Shown here piece by piece: positions 49,620 to 58,815 of a DNA stretch of 64,000 nucleotides; positions within the stretch are counted from its first letter, which is position 1, and each line of letters starts with the position of its first letter. A program made the translations under genes and the position numbers. This DNA is from Acidimicrobiales bacterium (GTDB lineage: Bacteria; Actinomycetota; Acidimicrobiia; Acidimicrobiales; Bin134), in contig OZ242355.1 of the NCBI GenBank assembly GCA_965208805.1, positions 181,577 through 245,576 on the forward strand. The letters run 5' to 3'. A model generated the notes under the pieces. It searched no databases, was not told the DNA's origin, and worked only from the letters and a program-made list of their open reading frames with translations.

Positions 49620-51054
49620 CTAGGGGGCTGCCCACCACTTGCCCGTCGGACAGGATGCGCTGGCCTCGCATCCAGACATGCCTGACCCTGCCGGTGAGCT
49701 CTTGGCCCTCGAATGGGGTGTAGCCCTGGCTGGACTCCGAATCGGCGGCTCGCACCAAATGGCTGACCCCCGGATCGAGCAAGGCGATGTCGGCGTCGTA
49801 GCCGACTCCGATGGTGCCCTTGGTGCCCAGGCCGTAGCGCCGCGCCGGGTTCCACGACAGCAGCCGGGCCATGTCGGGCAGTCCCAAGCCCCGCTTGTTG
49901 CCTTCGGAATACAGACCGTTCAGCAGATACTCGGTGCCCCCGAAACCGCTCTTGGCCAGCCAGATGTCTTCGGGGTTCTCAGCGGAGACCTTGGCCTCGG
50001 CACGACAGCAGGCGTGGTCGCTTACCACCCAGTCGACTTCGCCGGCCAGCACGTGCTCCCATAGCGCCTCCACATCGGGTCTGGGTCGGATTGGGGGATT
50101 GACCTTTCCCCACGGGTCGCCCGAGGTCTCGATGTCCACCAGCAGATGCCCGATGGTGACCTCACGGCGGAAGTCCACGTTCTCGAAGCACCGGCTCATG
50201 CGTAGGGCGGCGTCCATGGCCTTGGCCGATGACAGGTGCAAAAGGTTGATGTTGGCCACTTCGGTCTCGTGGGCCAAATACGACGCCACGGTCACGGCCA
50301 GCCCCTCGGAGTGGGGGGGCCGGGACGCCGAGTAGGCGGCCAAACCAGCCAAGCTGCCCTCGGCCTCGACCAGCTTGGTGTAGGCGGTCATGATCTCCGC
50401 TGACTCGCAGTGCATGGAGAGTGAGAGAACATCGGCCAGTTCGGGATGGGCCTGGCGGGCCTCGGCGATGCCCCGCATGATGAACTCGAAGTGGGCGTAG
50501 TCGTAGCGCTCGTCGGGCGGGGTCATCAAGAAGCTGGCCTGGTCGTCGCTGGCGCCGTGCAAGCCGTGGCCGCCGTAGAACATGAAGATCTTGAACGAGG
50601 TGACCCCGTATTCGGTGGCCAGCATGGGGATCTCGTCGATGTGGGAGGTCTGCATGGGGGCGAGATGGAAGGCGTAGTCCACGTAGCTGCGAGCGTCCAT
50701 CAGGCGCAGTACCTCGGGGAAGAACTCGGCGTAGGGGCCGCCCCGGTTGAGGTAGTACTGGCCGGTCCGCATGTAGTTGAGCACCGTGGTGGTGCCGCCT
50801 TGGGCGGCGGCTCGGCTCTCGCTGGTGGCGTCTTGGTCCAACGGGTTGTAGATGCCCATGTGGGTGTGGGCGTCCACCGATCCGGGGAAGGCGATTAGAC
50901 CCGTGGCGTCGAACACCGTGGCGGCATCGGCAGAAGCGGCCAGGCCGACGGCCAGGTCGCTGATCTTTCCGTCGGTGATGGCGATGTCCACCTCGTCCAC
51001 CGTGCCCGTGTCGGGCCGAACCACTTTGGCGCCGGTGATCACGGTGTCAGTCAT
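49594..51054 (-). CDS. Cyclic amidohydrolase (dihydroorotase/allantoinase/hydantoinase family)
   Basis: DAHTH, GGTTT, SFKIFM (carboxylated Lys position), MHCE, KVNPPIR, SDHA, NPAR, GYDADIAL. Confidence 0.9.
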   Translation of the reverse strand: MTDTVITGAKVVRPDTGTVDEVDIAITDGKISDLAVGLAASADAATVFDATGLIAFPGSVDAHTHMGIYNPLDQDATSESRAAAQGGTTTVLNYMRTGQYYLNRGGPYAEFFPEVLRLMDARSYVDYAFHLAPMQTSHIDEIPMLATEYGVTSFKIFMFYGGHGLHGASDDQASFLMTPPDERYDYAHFEFIMRGIAEARQAHPELADVLSLSMHCESAEIMTAYTKLVEAEGSLAGLAAYSASRPPHSEGLAVTVASYLAHETEVANINLLHLSSAKAMDAALRMSRCFENVDFRREVTIGHLLVDIETSGDPWGKVNPPIRPRPDVEALWEHVLAGEVDWVVSDHACCRAEAKVSAENPEDIWLAKSGFGGTEYLLNGLYSEGNKRGLGLPDMARLLSWNPARRYGLGTKGTIGVGYDADIALLDPGVSHLVRAADSESSQGYTPFEGQELTGRVRHVWMRGQRILSDGQVVGSPLGQYQKRPT

Positions 51055-52456
51055 GGCTGCTTCCTATGGGGTCGAGCAGTGGTGCCAGCAATCCGGTGAC
51101 CGACGGCGCCGCGGCCAAGCCGGATAAGGCATCGTAGATTCGACTGGCGACATCGTCGGCCACCAGACCCGCAGTGTTGTCGGTGTACTTGGCCGCCAAC
51201 TCGGTGGCCGATAGGGGCCGGTCGGGGCCGCCCCGGTTGGCCAGCACCTCCTCCACCAGGGTGTGGCCCGAGATCGTGGTCACGGTCAGCCGGGCGGGAA
51301 GCTGGTCGGGGTAGATGGCCATCATTCGGGGGTCGCCCACTACTTCAATGCGGGCCATCAGCTTTCGTCGGTCCGGGTCGCAGGCCAGCTCATCGGTGAA
51401 ATCAGCCAATCCCACCCCCAGCCCACCCCCTCCGAAGAACCCGGCAGCGACGGTGTAGGGACCGCTGAACTGGGCTTGGTAGCCGGTTTCCGGTTCCCGC
51501 TTGGCCTCGATGGGCTCGCCGATGGTGCGCACGGTGGGCGGGGCCACCTCCAGGGTGACGGTGGCGATGTCTTCGGGGTCCAATCCTCTTGAACGCAGAG
51601 CGATGGCCGCGTCAATGCCGGTGTGGGTGAAGTGGTTGGCCGGATAGGGCTTGTAGAAGATGCGATCGGCCTCCCAGTGCTCTCCTAGTTCAGCGGTGAC
51701 CGCATCGCAGTCGGCCTGGTCTCCGAGAAATGCCTGGAACAGCCCGAATCGGCCCTCCACGGCGGTGGGCGGGCCGGTGATGCCCCGGGCGGCGAGTTGG
51801 GCCGCGGTGATCCCAGCTCGGGCGGCCCAGCCGCAGTGGAGCCGCTTGACCGTGCCCCCAGCTCGGTTGGCCTCGATAATCCCGCTGGCCATGCTGCACG
51901 CGATGCCCATGGCGTGGGCGATTCCGTCGACATCGGCCCCGAGCAGCCGGGATGTGGCCGCTGCCGATCCCACCGCGCCGCAGATTGAGGTGGCGTGCTG
52001 ACCCCGCTCGAAGTACACCGACTGGCGGGCCTGGTCGTCGTAGCCGCCCATGCCCAGACGCACCGTGACCTCCAAGCCCACTGCCACCGCATCGATCAGG
52101 GCTGCGCCGGATACTCCCTGCCATTCGGCCACGGCCAGCGAGGCGGGCACCACCGATGCGCTGGGGTGCAGGATCGAAGGCAGATGGGTGTCGTCGTAGT
52201 CGAGCGAGTGGGCCAGCACGCCGTTTACGAATGCCGCTTCGGCCGCCGAGGTGGCTTGACCGCCGCCGATGGGGGTGGCTTGAGGGGCGGATCCCTGGTC
52301 GGCGGCAAACCCCACGACGGCCCGGGAAGTGTCCAGCATGCTGGCCTGCACCGCGATCCCCACAATGTCGATGATGCGAAACGGGATGCCCGCCCGCACT
52401 GCATCGGGCACCGGACCGCTGGCCATGGTGCCGAGCTGCGACAGGATAGGGCTCAT
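51047..52456 (-). CDS. MmgE/PrpD family dehydratase/isomerase
   Basis: NGVLAHSLDYDDTH...HPS, KRLHCG, KPYP, AQFS.PY. Confidence 0.92.
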   Translation of the reverse strand: MSPILSQLGTMASGPVPDAVRAGIPFRIIDIVGIAVQASMLDTSRAVVGFAADQGSAPQATPIGGGQATSAAEAAFVNGVLAHSLDYDDTHLPSILHPSASVVPASLAVAEWQGVSGAALIDAVAVGLEVTVRLGMGGYDDQARQSVYFERGQHATSICGAVGSAAATSRLLGADVDGIAHAMGIACSMASGIIEANRAGGTVKRLHCGWAARAGITAAQLAARGITGPPTAVEGRFGLFQAFLGDQADCDAVTAELGEHWEADRIFYKPYPANHFTHTGIDAAIALRSRGLDPEDIATVTLEVAPPTVRTIGEPIEAKREPETGYQAQFSGPYTVAAGFFGGGGLGVGLADFTDELACDPDRRKLMARIEVVGDPRMMAIYPDQLPARLTVTTISGHTLVEEVLANRGGPDRPLSATELAAKYTDNTAGLVADDVASRIYDALSGLAAAPSVTGLLAPLLDPIGSSHD

Positions 52457-53280
52457 GCCAAGGCCAGTGGTCGGACGGGGGCGCCGGTGGCGCCGTAGAT
52501 GTTCAGATGGGACAGCACGAACACAAACTCGTACACCTCATCGGCGGCCAGGCGGTCAAGGTCTAGCGCCTCGATGATGTTGATGCCCTCCTCTACCAGC
52601 AGCACCCGATGAGCGGGCAGCAGGGCATGGCCCTGCCCGGCAGGCAGGCACTCGAAGGCCAAAGTGTCGGCCCCGGCCAGCGCCGCCCCCTGGTCGGCCA
52701 GCCACCGAGCTCCGGATTCCCCCACCCCGGGCACGCCGGTATCGGTGCCCAGATAGCGCTCGGGATCGTCGAAGTGCGCCCCCCAGCCACTGCGCACCAG
52801 CACCGCGTCGCCGGGTTGAATCAGCGTCTTCTGGCGGGCAACGGCGTTCTCCAATTCGGCGACGGTGATTTCGTGGCCGCCCTCGCATATCTCCACTCCC
52901 AGCAGCCCGGGAACGTCCAACAGCACACCTCGGCCCACAAACGGCGGAAGCTCGTGGATGCCCAGCACGGCGAAGTTGCCGCCTGCTTGGGCCTCGGTGG
53001 CGTCGACTCCTCCGTAGAGCTGGCCCTGGTGGCTCACATGGGCCAGGGCATCAACGTGGGTACCGACGTGACACCCGGTGGTGAGCAGGTCGGCCGCGGC
53101 CGAACCGCCGTCGGCTCGCACCCGGTCACCGTGGACTCGATCCAGGCAGTGGTGAAACTGGGGATGGTTGGGTGACTGGGCCACGCCATTTCGCAGCGTT
53201 CGGCCCAAGTCATACACCGTGGCTTGGGCCGCCAAGTCGATCAGCCCCGCAGTGTTCACCTTTCGGCTCGTACTGCTCAT
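52453..53280 (-). CDS. Cyclase family metal hydrolase (kynurenine formamidase-like)
   Basis: HVGTHVDALAH (HxGTHxDxxxH), GRGVLLD, IIEAL, GATGAPVRP. Confidence 0.9.
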   Translation of the reverse strand: MSSTSRKVNTAGLIDLAAQATVYDLGRTLRNGVAQSPNHPQFHHCLDRVHGDRVRADGGSAAADLLTTGCHVGTHVDALAHVSHQGQLYGGVDATEAQAGGNFAVLGIHELPPFVGRGVLLDVPGLLGVEICEGGHEITVAELENAVARQKTLIQPGDAVLVRSGWGAHFDDPERYLGTDTGVPGVGESGARWLADQGAALAGADTLAFECLPAGQGHALLPAHRVLLVEEGINIIEALDLDRLAADEVYEFVFVLSHLNIYGATGAPVRPLALA

Positions 53281-54467
53281 GCCACAACCTGCTTGGCCCG
53301 CAGATCTTCGATTTGCTCAACGCTAAGTCCAACCTCTTTCAGCACCTCGTCGGTGTCCGCCCCCAGATCACGGCCGGTGTGTCGAATGGTCCCCGGCGTG
53401 GCCGAGAGTCCGAAGAGCACGTTCTGCATCCGAACCGGACCCAGGTCGGGGTCGTCTACCGCGGAGATCGCCTCCCGAGCCTGCACTTGGGGGTCGCCGG
53501 CATACTGGGCCACGTCGTAGACCGGCGCCACGGCAACTTCTGCGGCGGCGAACGCGTCCACAACACCTGCCAGTGATCGGTCGCCGATCCATGAGGACAG
53601 GGCCTCGTCGATCTCATCGGCGTGCGCGGCTCGACCGGCTCCGGTGGCGAACCAGGGCTCGGACACCAGATCGCCTCGGCCCACCAATTCCATGGTGCGG
53701 CGGGCCACGGCGTCGGCGCTGCTCGACACCGCCACCCAGCAGCCGTCGGCGGTGAGGTAGGTGTTGCGGGGGGCATTGTTGGAGGAGCGGTTCCCCGATC
53801 GCTGGGCGATGTGGCCGGTCTGGTCCCAAGTGACCACATGGGGGCCGAGCGCGGCGGCCAGCGTCTCCAAGATCGATAGGTCTACCACCTGGCCCTTGCC
53901 GGTGGCGTGGCGGTGGTGCACTGCCATCATCACCGCCGCCACTCCGCTGAAACCGGCCACGCTGTCGGCCAAGCCGAAGGGGGGCAGGGTGGGGGCCTGG
54001 TCGGCCTCGCCGGTCATGTGGGCGAAACCGCTCATCGCCTCGATCAGCGTGCCGAATGCGGGCCGATCGGCATAGGGGCCGGTCTGCCCGTACCCGGTGA
54101 CCCGGCACAAGACCAGGCCCGGGTTGCGGTCGGACAGCACATCCCAACCCAGACCCCAGCGCTCAAGGGTGCCGGGCCGGAAATTCTCGATCACCACGTC
54201 GGCGGTGGACGCAAGGCCCAGGAACACCTCAGCGCCCTCGGGATGGCCCAAATCCAAGCCCAAGCAGCGCTTGTTGCGGGCCACCATCTTCCACCAGAGT
54301 CCCTGGCCGTCCTTCTGCGCACCGTGGCCCCGCAGGCTGTCACCAGAGAGGGGGTGCTCGACCTTGATCACATCGGCACCGAAATCAGCCATGATCTGGC
54401 CGATCAGCGGTCCGGCCAGAACGGTGGAGGCGTCGATGACCCGTAGATCGGTGATAGGGCCACTCAT
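53277..54467 (-). CDS. CaiB/BaiF family III CoA transferase
   Basis: LAGP, FGADVIKVEHP..GD, RNKR, ENFRPG, TGYGQTGP. Confidence 0.93.
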   Translation of the reverse strand: MSGPITDLRVIDASTVLAGPLIGQIMADFGADVIKVEHPLSGDSLRGHGAQKDGQGLWWKMVARNKRCLGLDLGHPEGAEVFLGLASTADVVIENFRPGTLERWGLGWDVLSDRNPGLVLCRVTGYGQTGPYADRPAFGTLIEAMSGFAHMTGEADQAPTLPPFGLADSVAGFSGVAAVMMAVHHRHATGKGQVVDLSILETLAAALGPHVVTWDQTGHIAQRSGNRSSNNAPRNTYLTADGCWVAVSSSADAVARRTMELVGRGDLVSEPWFATGAGRAAHADEIDEALSSWIGDRSLAGVVDAFAAAEVAVAPVYDVAQYAGDPQVQAREAISAVDDPDLGPVRMQNVLFGLSATPGTIRHTGRDLGADTDEVLKEVGLSVEQIEDLRAKQVVA

Positions 54468-54511
54468 GCGGAACGACGTTTCTCCCAGTGGAACATTGTT
54501 TGTAGTGTTCC
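54468..54511. promoter_or_regulatory. Putative IclR operator region
   Basis: gcggaacgacgtttc (54468-54482) plus inverted repeat ggaacatt...agtgttcc (54490-54511) between the divergent CoA transferase and IclR genes. Confidence 0.55.
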
Positions 54512-54575
54512 CCAATTTGGAGGGTTCAGGCAACCATCAACAGGGAATTATGGGTCAAGACACCAGGTTCGCGGT

Positions 54576-55391
54576 ATGGTCATTCCTCTGAGCGGAACAG
54601 CAGGAAATTCAGACTCGGTGCCTGGTTCGGGTCGGGGAGTGGCGGCGATCGAGAGGGCCGTGGATGTGCTGTTCCTGTTCTCGCGGTCGTCGAGCACGCT
54701 GGGCGTTACCGAGATTTCGCGCGAGCTGGGGGTGTCGAAGGCAGTTGTTCACCGGATTCTCACCTCCCTGTGCGAACGCGGCCTGCTCATCGTCGACCCC
54801 GAGAGTCGGCGCTACGCGCTGGGGCCCGCGGTGCTGGAGTTGGCCGCGGCCTACCGCGATCAACTCGATGTGAGGGACTTGGCGCTGGAAGAGATGCGCA
54901 GGCTCAGCGCTGAGACCGACGAGACCGCCACCTTGTCGGTGCGCCACGGCAACCGCCGGGTATATGTGGCCCAGATCACTCCTCCCCGCGAGGTGAAGAT
55001 GACGGTGCCCATCGGCGGATCGTTCCCGCTGCATGCCGGCGCTTCGTCGAAGGCGTTCCTGGCCTGGCTCAGCGACGGCGAGATCGATCATTACCTGGCC
55101 GAGAACCCGCTGGACTCTCTGACCGAGGCCACCATCGTGTCTGTCGACGAGCTGCGCGCCGAGCTGGACCGCATCCGCCAGCAGGGCTTCGCGGTGTCGC
55201 TGGGAGAGCGCCAGCATGACGCCGGCTCGGTGGCCGCGCCCATCCTCGACCACAACCACCAACCGGTGGCGGTGATCAGCATCAGCGGCCCGCTGGAGCG
55301 GTTCCGCGACAAGATCGCCCGTTCGGCCGCCGCGGTGGTTGAGGCCACTCGAGGGCTCTCGACCAAGCTCGGGGCCCGCCCAACCAACTAA
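54576..55391 (+). CDS. IclR family transcriptional regulator
   Basis: AIERAVDVL, HTH (GVTEISRELGVSKAVVHRIL), PLHAGASSKA, SVAAPI, ISISGP. Confidence 0.93.
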   Translation: MVIPLSGTAGNSDSVPGSGRGVAAIERAVDVLFLFSRSSSTLGVTEISRELGVSKAVVHRILTSLCERGLLIVDPESRRYALGPAVLELAAAYRDQLDVRDLALEEMRRLSAETDETATLSVRHGNRRVYVAQITPPREVKMTVPIGGSFPLHAGASSKAFLAWLSDGEIDHYLAENPLDSLTEATIVSVDELRAELDRIRQQGFAVSLGERQHDAGSVAAPILDHNHQPVAVISISGPLERFRDKIARSAAAVVEATRGLSTKLGARPTN

Positions 55392-55401
55392 GGACTGGCC
55401 A

Positions 55402-57009
55402 GTGACGGACCAGGTTCGAGTGGCTGCGGTGCAGTTCGCCACCGGCACCGACCTCGAAGAGAACCTGGCCACCTGTCTGCGGATGCTGGACGCGGCCGCC
55501 GCCGAGAGGGCCGAGCTGGTGGTGATGCCCGAGTTCTGCAACCACCTCTCGGTGTACGGCAACCAGGATCACTGCTGTTCGGTGGCGGTGTCGCTCGACG
55601 GCCCCTGGCTGGGGGCTCTGGCCCGGCGATCTGCCGATCACGGCGTCTACACCTCGTTGACGGTGACCGCGCCCCGGGGTGGCGACCGGGTAACCGCCAC
55701 CAATGTGCTGATCGATCCCCAAGGGGAGTTAGCCGCCACCGCCGACAAGCAGATGCTGATGGGCAACGAGCGCGCCCACTTGAGCGCAGGCGGGGAGGTC
55801 AGTCCGGTGGCCGACACCGCATTCGGCCCGGTGGGCGTGTACTCGTGCATGGACGGGGTGACCTTCGAGGTGCCGCGCACGTTTGCCGTGCGGGGCGCCC
55901 GCCTGCTGTTGAACAGCCTCAACTCGTTCGCCCTCGATGAGGCCAGGCTCCACATCCCAGTGCGGGCAGTGGAGAACGGGGTGTTCGTGGTGGCCGCCAA
56001 CAAGGTCGGTCCACTGCTACCTGCCGAGCAGGTGCCGGCGTTCAGCCAAGCACTGGGCGTGCCTCCTGAAGCACTGAACGGCGCGGGGGAGAGCCAGATC
56101 GTGGCCCCCGACGGCACGGTGTTGGCCATGGCCCCCCGCACCGGTGAGGCAGTGGTCGTAGCCGACTTGGACCTGTCCCGGGTTGAGCTGGATCGGCTGC
56201 GGGGCCGCCGACCAGAGGTGTACGGCCCGCTAGCCCAATCCCACACCGCCCATCCCGCCAGGGACCTGGAATCCGAGGTGGTCGCTGGATGCATTCCCGG
56301 CGCCCGGTCATCTCCCGAGCTGATCAGCGAGGCCATCGGCGCCGGAGCGTCCCTGGTGGTGCTGCCCGAGCTGACGCCGCCGCCACCGAGCATCCCTCCC
56401 GGCGTGCTGGTGGTGACCACTGTCCTGCGGGATAGCCAGCACCTCGGCCAGGTGTGGGCGGCCGATGGCGTTGTCCACGAACAGGCGCAGATCCACCACT
56501 GCGACCGCCACGGTGGTGTCACCCGGTTGGGCAGCGAGATGAGCTTGTTCCCGACGCCGTTCGGCGACTTGGCGGTGATCGTGGGAGAGGATCACCGCTA
56601 CCCCGAGACCTTCCGACTGGCGGCCATTGCTGGAGCCCATCTGGTGGCGGTGTGCTGGCAGCCTGAGCACCGCTGGGAATGCGATCTGGCCCTGGTCGAA
56701 CGGGCCGCGGAGAACCGGATCAGCGTGACGGCGTGCGGACCCCCTGGACCACTCTCGCCCACCATGCTGCTCGACCCCCCAGCCGACTCGCTGTGGAACC
56801 CCAAACGCTCGAGTCCCTACAACGGCACCATCAACACTCCGACCAGCCAGCGGGCCGATCCCGACGACGATCTCCTGATCGGCACGCTGCACCCGGGTCG
56901 GGCAGTGAACCGAGAGGTGTCCAAGGACACCGACCTGGTAGGCGGGCGCCCGTGGCGAGCCTCCGCGGCGCTCGTTGAGCCAGTGGCTCAAGCCATGGCT
57001 GAGGGCTGA
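55402..57009 (+). CDS. Tandem nitrilase-domain protein (N domain intact, C domain degenerate)
   Basis: N domain: PEFCN, ADKQ, YSCMDG triad, RAVENG; C domain: LPEL, VGEDHRYPE (no Cys), RAAENR. Confidence 0.82.
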   Translation: MTDQVRVAAVQFATGTDLEENLATCLRMLDAAAAERAELVVMPEFCNHLSVYGNQDHCCSVAVSLDGPWLGALARRSADHGVYTSLTVTAPRGGDRVTATNVLIDPQGELAATADKQMLMGNERAHLSAGGEVSPVADTAFGPVGVYSCMDGVTFEVPRTFAVRGARLLLNSLNSFALDEARLHIPVRAVENGVFVVAANKVGPLLPAEQVPAFSQALGVPPEALNGAGESQIVAPDGTVLAMAPRTGEAVVVADLDLSRVELDRLRGRRPEVYGPLAQSHTAHPARDLESEVVAGCIPGARSSPELISEAIGAGASLVVLPELTPPPPSIPPGVLVVTTVLRDSQHLGQVWAADGVVHEQAQIHHCDRHGGVTRLGSEMSLFPTPFGDLAVIVGEDHRYPETFRLAAIAGAHLVAVCWQPEHRWECDLALVERAAENRISVTACGPPGPLSPTMLLDPPADSLWNPKRSSPYNGTINTPTSQRADPDDDLLIGTLHPGRAVNREVSKDTDLVGGRPWRASAALVEPVAQAMAEG

Positions 57010-57010
57010 C

Positions 57011-57832
57011 CTAGCGATCCGCCGGTACTCGGGCGAGCACCGCCCGGGCCCAGCGCATCACCGCCGCGTCGATGAACTCACCGTCGAGCACCGCAACCAC
57101 CCGACCCTCGGCCGCCGCCTCTTCGAAAGCGGCCACCACCGCCTCTGCCCGGGCGATCTCGTCATCAGACGGGGTGAAGGCGGCGTTCACTGCGGCCACC
57201 TGCTTGGGGTGGATCACCGACCGGCCGCCGAAGCCATGGCGGCGAAGCGACTCGCTGGTGGCGGCTAGCCCGGCGTCATCGTCGAGGTTGGTGAACACCG
57301 GCCCGCAGGGCGCTTCCAGCCCCTTGCCCACCGACGCCACCACCACCCGAGTGCGGATGGGCCACATCTCCAGGGCGTCGGGCGACGGCTGCATGCCCAT
57401 GTCGGCGGCCAGATCGGCCTCGCCCAAGGCCAGGCGCACCACCTCGGGCACCGCAGCGATCTCGTAGATCTCAGCCACCCCCACCGCCGACTCGATGAGC
57501 GCGGTCACCGGGCAGCCGCCGTAGTCCACCGAGCAGGCCGCGGCATCGGCTTTGGGCACGACCACCCCGGCAAACCCCACGCCATCGGAAACCAGCGACC
57601 GCAGCCACTCGGCGTCCTCGTCCACCATGTCGGGGCGATTGTTGATCCGCACCCAGGCCGGCACCCCGGGATTGGCCCGGAGCCATTGGTCAACCGCCTC
57701 TCGAGCGGTGGCCTTGGCCGTTTCGGCCACCGCGTCCTCGAGATCGCAGATGATGGCGTCAGCCCCCGATACCAGCGCCTTGTCAAAGCGGTCGGGACGA
57801 TCTCCGGGGACATAAAGCGTGGTGCGGCTCAT
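57011..57832 (-). CDS. CitE/malyl-CoA lyase family (HpcH/HpaI) CoA-ester lyase
   Basis: LYVPGDRP, DLEDAV, LIESAVG, GEADL, GRSVIHPKQV, FTPS. Confidence 0.92.
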   Translation of the reverse strand: MSRTTLYVPGDRPDRFDKALVSGADAIICDLEDAVAETAKATAREAVDQWLRANPGVPAWVRINNRPDMVDEDAEWLRSLVSDGVGFAGVVVPKADAAACSVDYGGCPVTALIESAVGVAEIYEIAAVPEVVRLALGEADLAADMGMQPSPDALEMWPIRTRVVVASVGKGLEAPCGPVFTNLDDDAGLAATSESLRRHGFGGRSVIHPKQVAAVNAAFTPSDDEIARAEAVVAAFEEAAAEGRVVAVLDGEFIDAAVMRWARAVLARVPADR

Positions 57833-57895
57833 CGAATTCTCGGCTCCTCACGGTTGGTTGACACTGGTTTGGTCTGGCCCTACTGTCAGACTAAC

Positions 57896-57921
57896 GAAAC
57901 GTTGTTCCGCTTACCGGAACA
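57896..57921. promoter_or_regulatory. Putative IclR-type operator between the CitE-like gene and the RCCR/Rieske operon
   Basis: Perfect inverted repeat tgttccg-cttac-cggaaca (57903-57921); 57896-57910 is the reverse complement of 54468-54482 at 14/15 positions. Confidence 0.6.
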
Positions 57922-57949
57922 GTGTGCCGCTGACGAGACCGGAGCACCA

Positions 57950-58762
57950 ATGCGCGAGACGCTGAAGGGCGTCCAAGACATCTTCGACGAACGGGGCCCC
58001 ACAAACGCCACGCCCACGTTCAACCGACTGTGGTCGATCACCGAAGAGCTCATGGCCAAGATCGAGGCCCGGTTCGAGTTGACCCGCGACCCCAGCACCG
58101 AAGACTTGGAGTCGTACCGGGGCGAAGCCGAGTACCCGGCCGGGCGGCTGGCCGGCTACACCGGCCCCGAGATGGACTGGCTGATCCACTCGTGGATCGG
58201 GAACCCGCCGCTGGGATTCACCAACATGCACGTAACCGCCTGGCTCGGTCCTCACCTTGATGTGCCCCATCTGGGCGTCGCCTGGGGAACGCTTCCCGAC
58301 CTCTGGTTCTACATCGACTACAACCCCCGATCCGACCTCATGCTCGACACCGAATCGCTCGACAAGTACTGGGGTCCGCTCAACGAGGAGTTCTTGGAGC
58401 TGCGGGCCGACGAAGGGCTGGCCCCGTTCACCTCCCGGGCCTTGTACGTGCGCCAGGCTCTGAGCGAAGTGGCCGTCTGCTTCACCACTCCGGGCCAGAC
58501 CTACGACGAGGACCGGCTCAACCAGGTGAGCGAGCTGGCCCACCGGCGGGTCGACCAGTGGCTGGCGTGGGTGGACGAGGCCGAGCTCGTGCCGCTGGAG
58601 CGCCGGGAGCAGCTGGCCGCCGACGATCTGACCCGGCGGCGTAACATCGCCGAGAGAGACCCGGCCAACGTCATGGGTGTGCGTTTCTTCGGAGAGGAGA
58701 TGACCGACCGACTGGTGCGGGCCCTGTGGGGCGGCGACCGGGTTTTGCCCCGACCCGGCTGA
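57950..58762 (+). CDS. RCC reductase-like protein (ferredoxin-dependent bilin reductase fold)
   Basis: DWLIHSW, VPHL, DYNPRSDLMLDTESLDKYW, FTSRALYVRQALS, RFFGEEMTDRLV parallel plant RCCR motifs as I recall them; GGAG RBS. Confidence 0.75.
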   Translation: MRETLKGVQDIFDERGPTNATPTFNRLWSITEELMAKIEARFELTRDPSTEDLESYRGEAEYPAGRLAGYTGPEMDWLIHSWIGNPPLGFTNMHVTAWLGPHLDVPHLGVAWGTLPDLWFYIDYNPRSDLMLDTESLDKYWGPLNEEFLELRADEGLAPFTSRALYVRQALSEVAVCFTTPGQTYDEDRLNQVSELAHRRVDQWLAWVDEAELVPLERREQLAADDLTRRRNIAERDPANVMGVRFFGEEMTDRLVRALWGGDRVLPRPG

Positions 58763-58815
58763 GGGGGAGCTGGCATGTTGATCGGCAACTCACACCGACT
58801 GGAGAGGACAACGCC

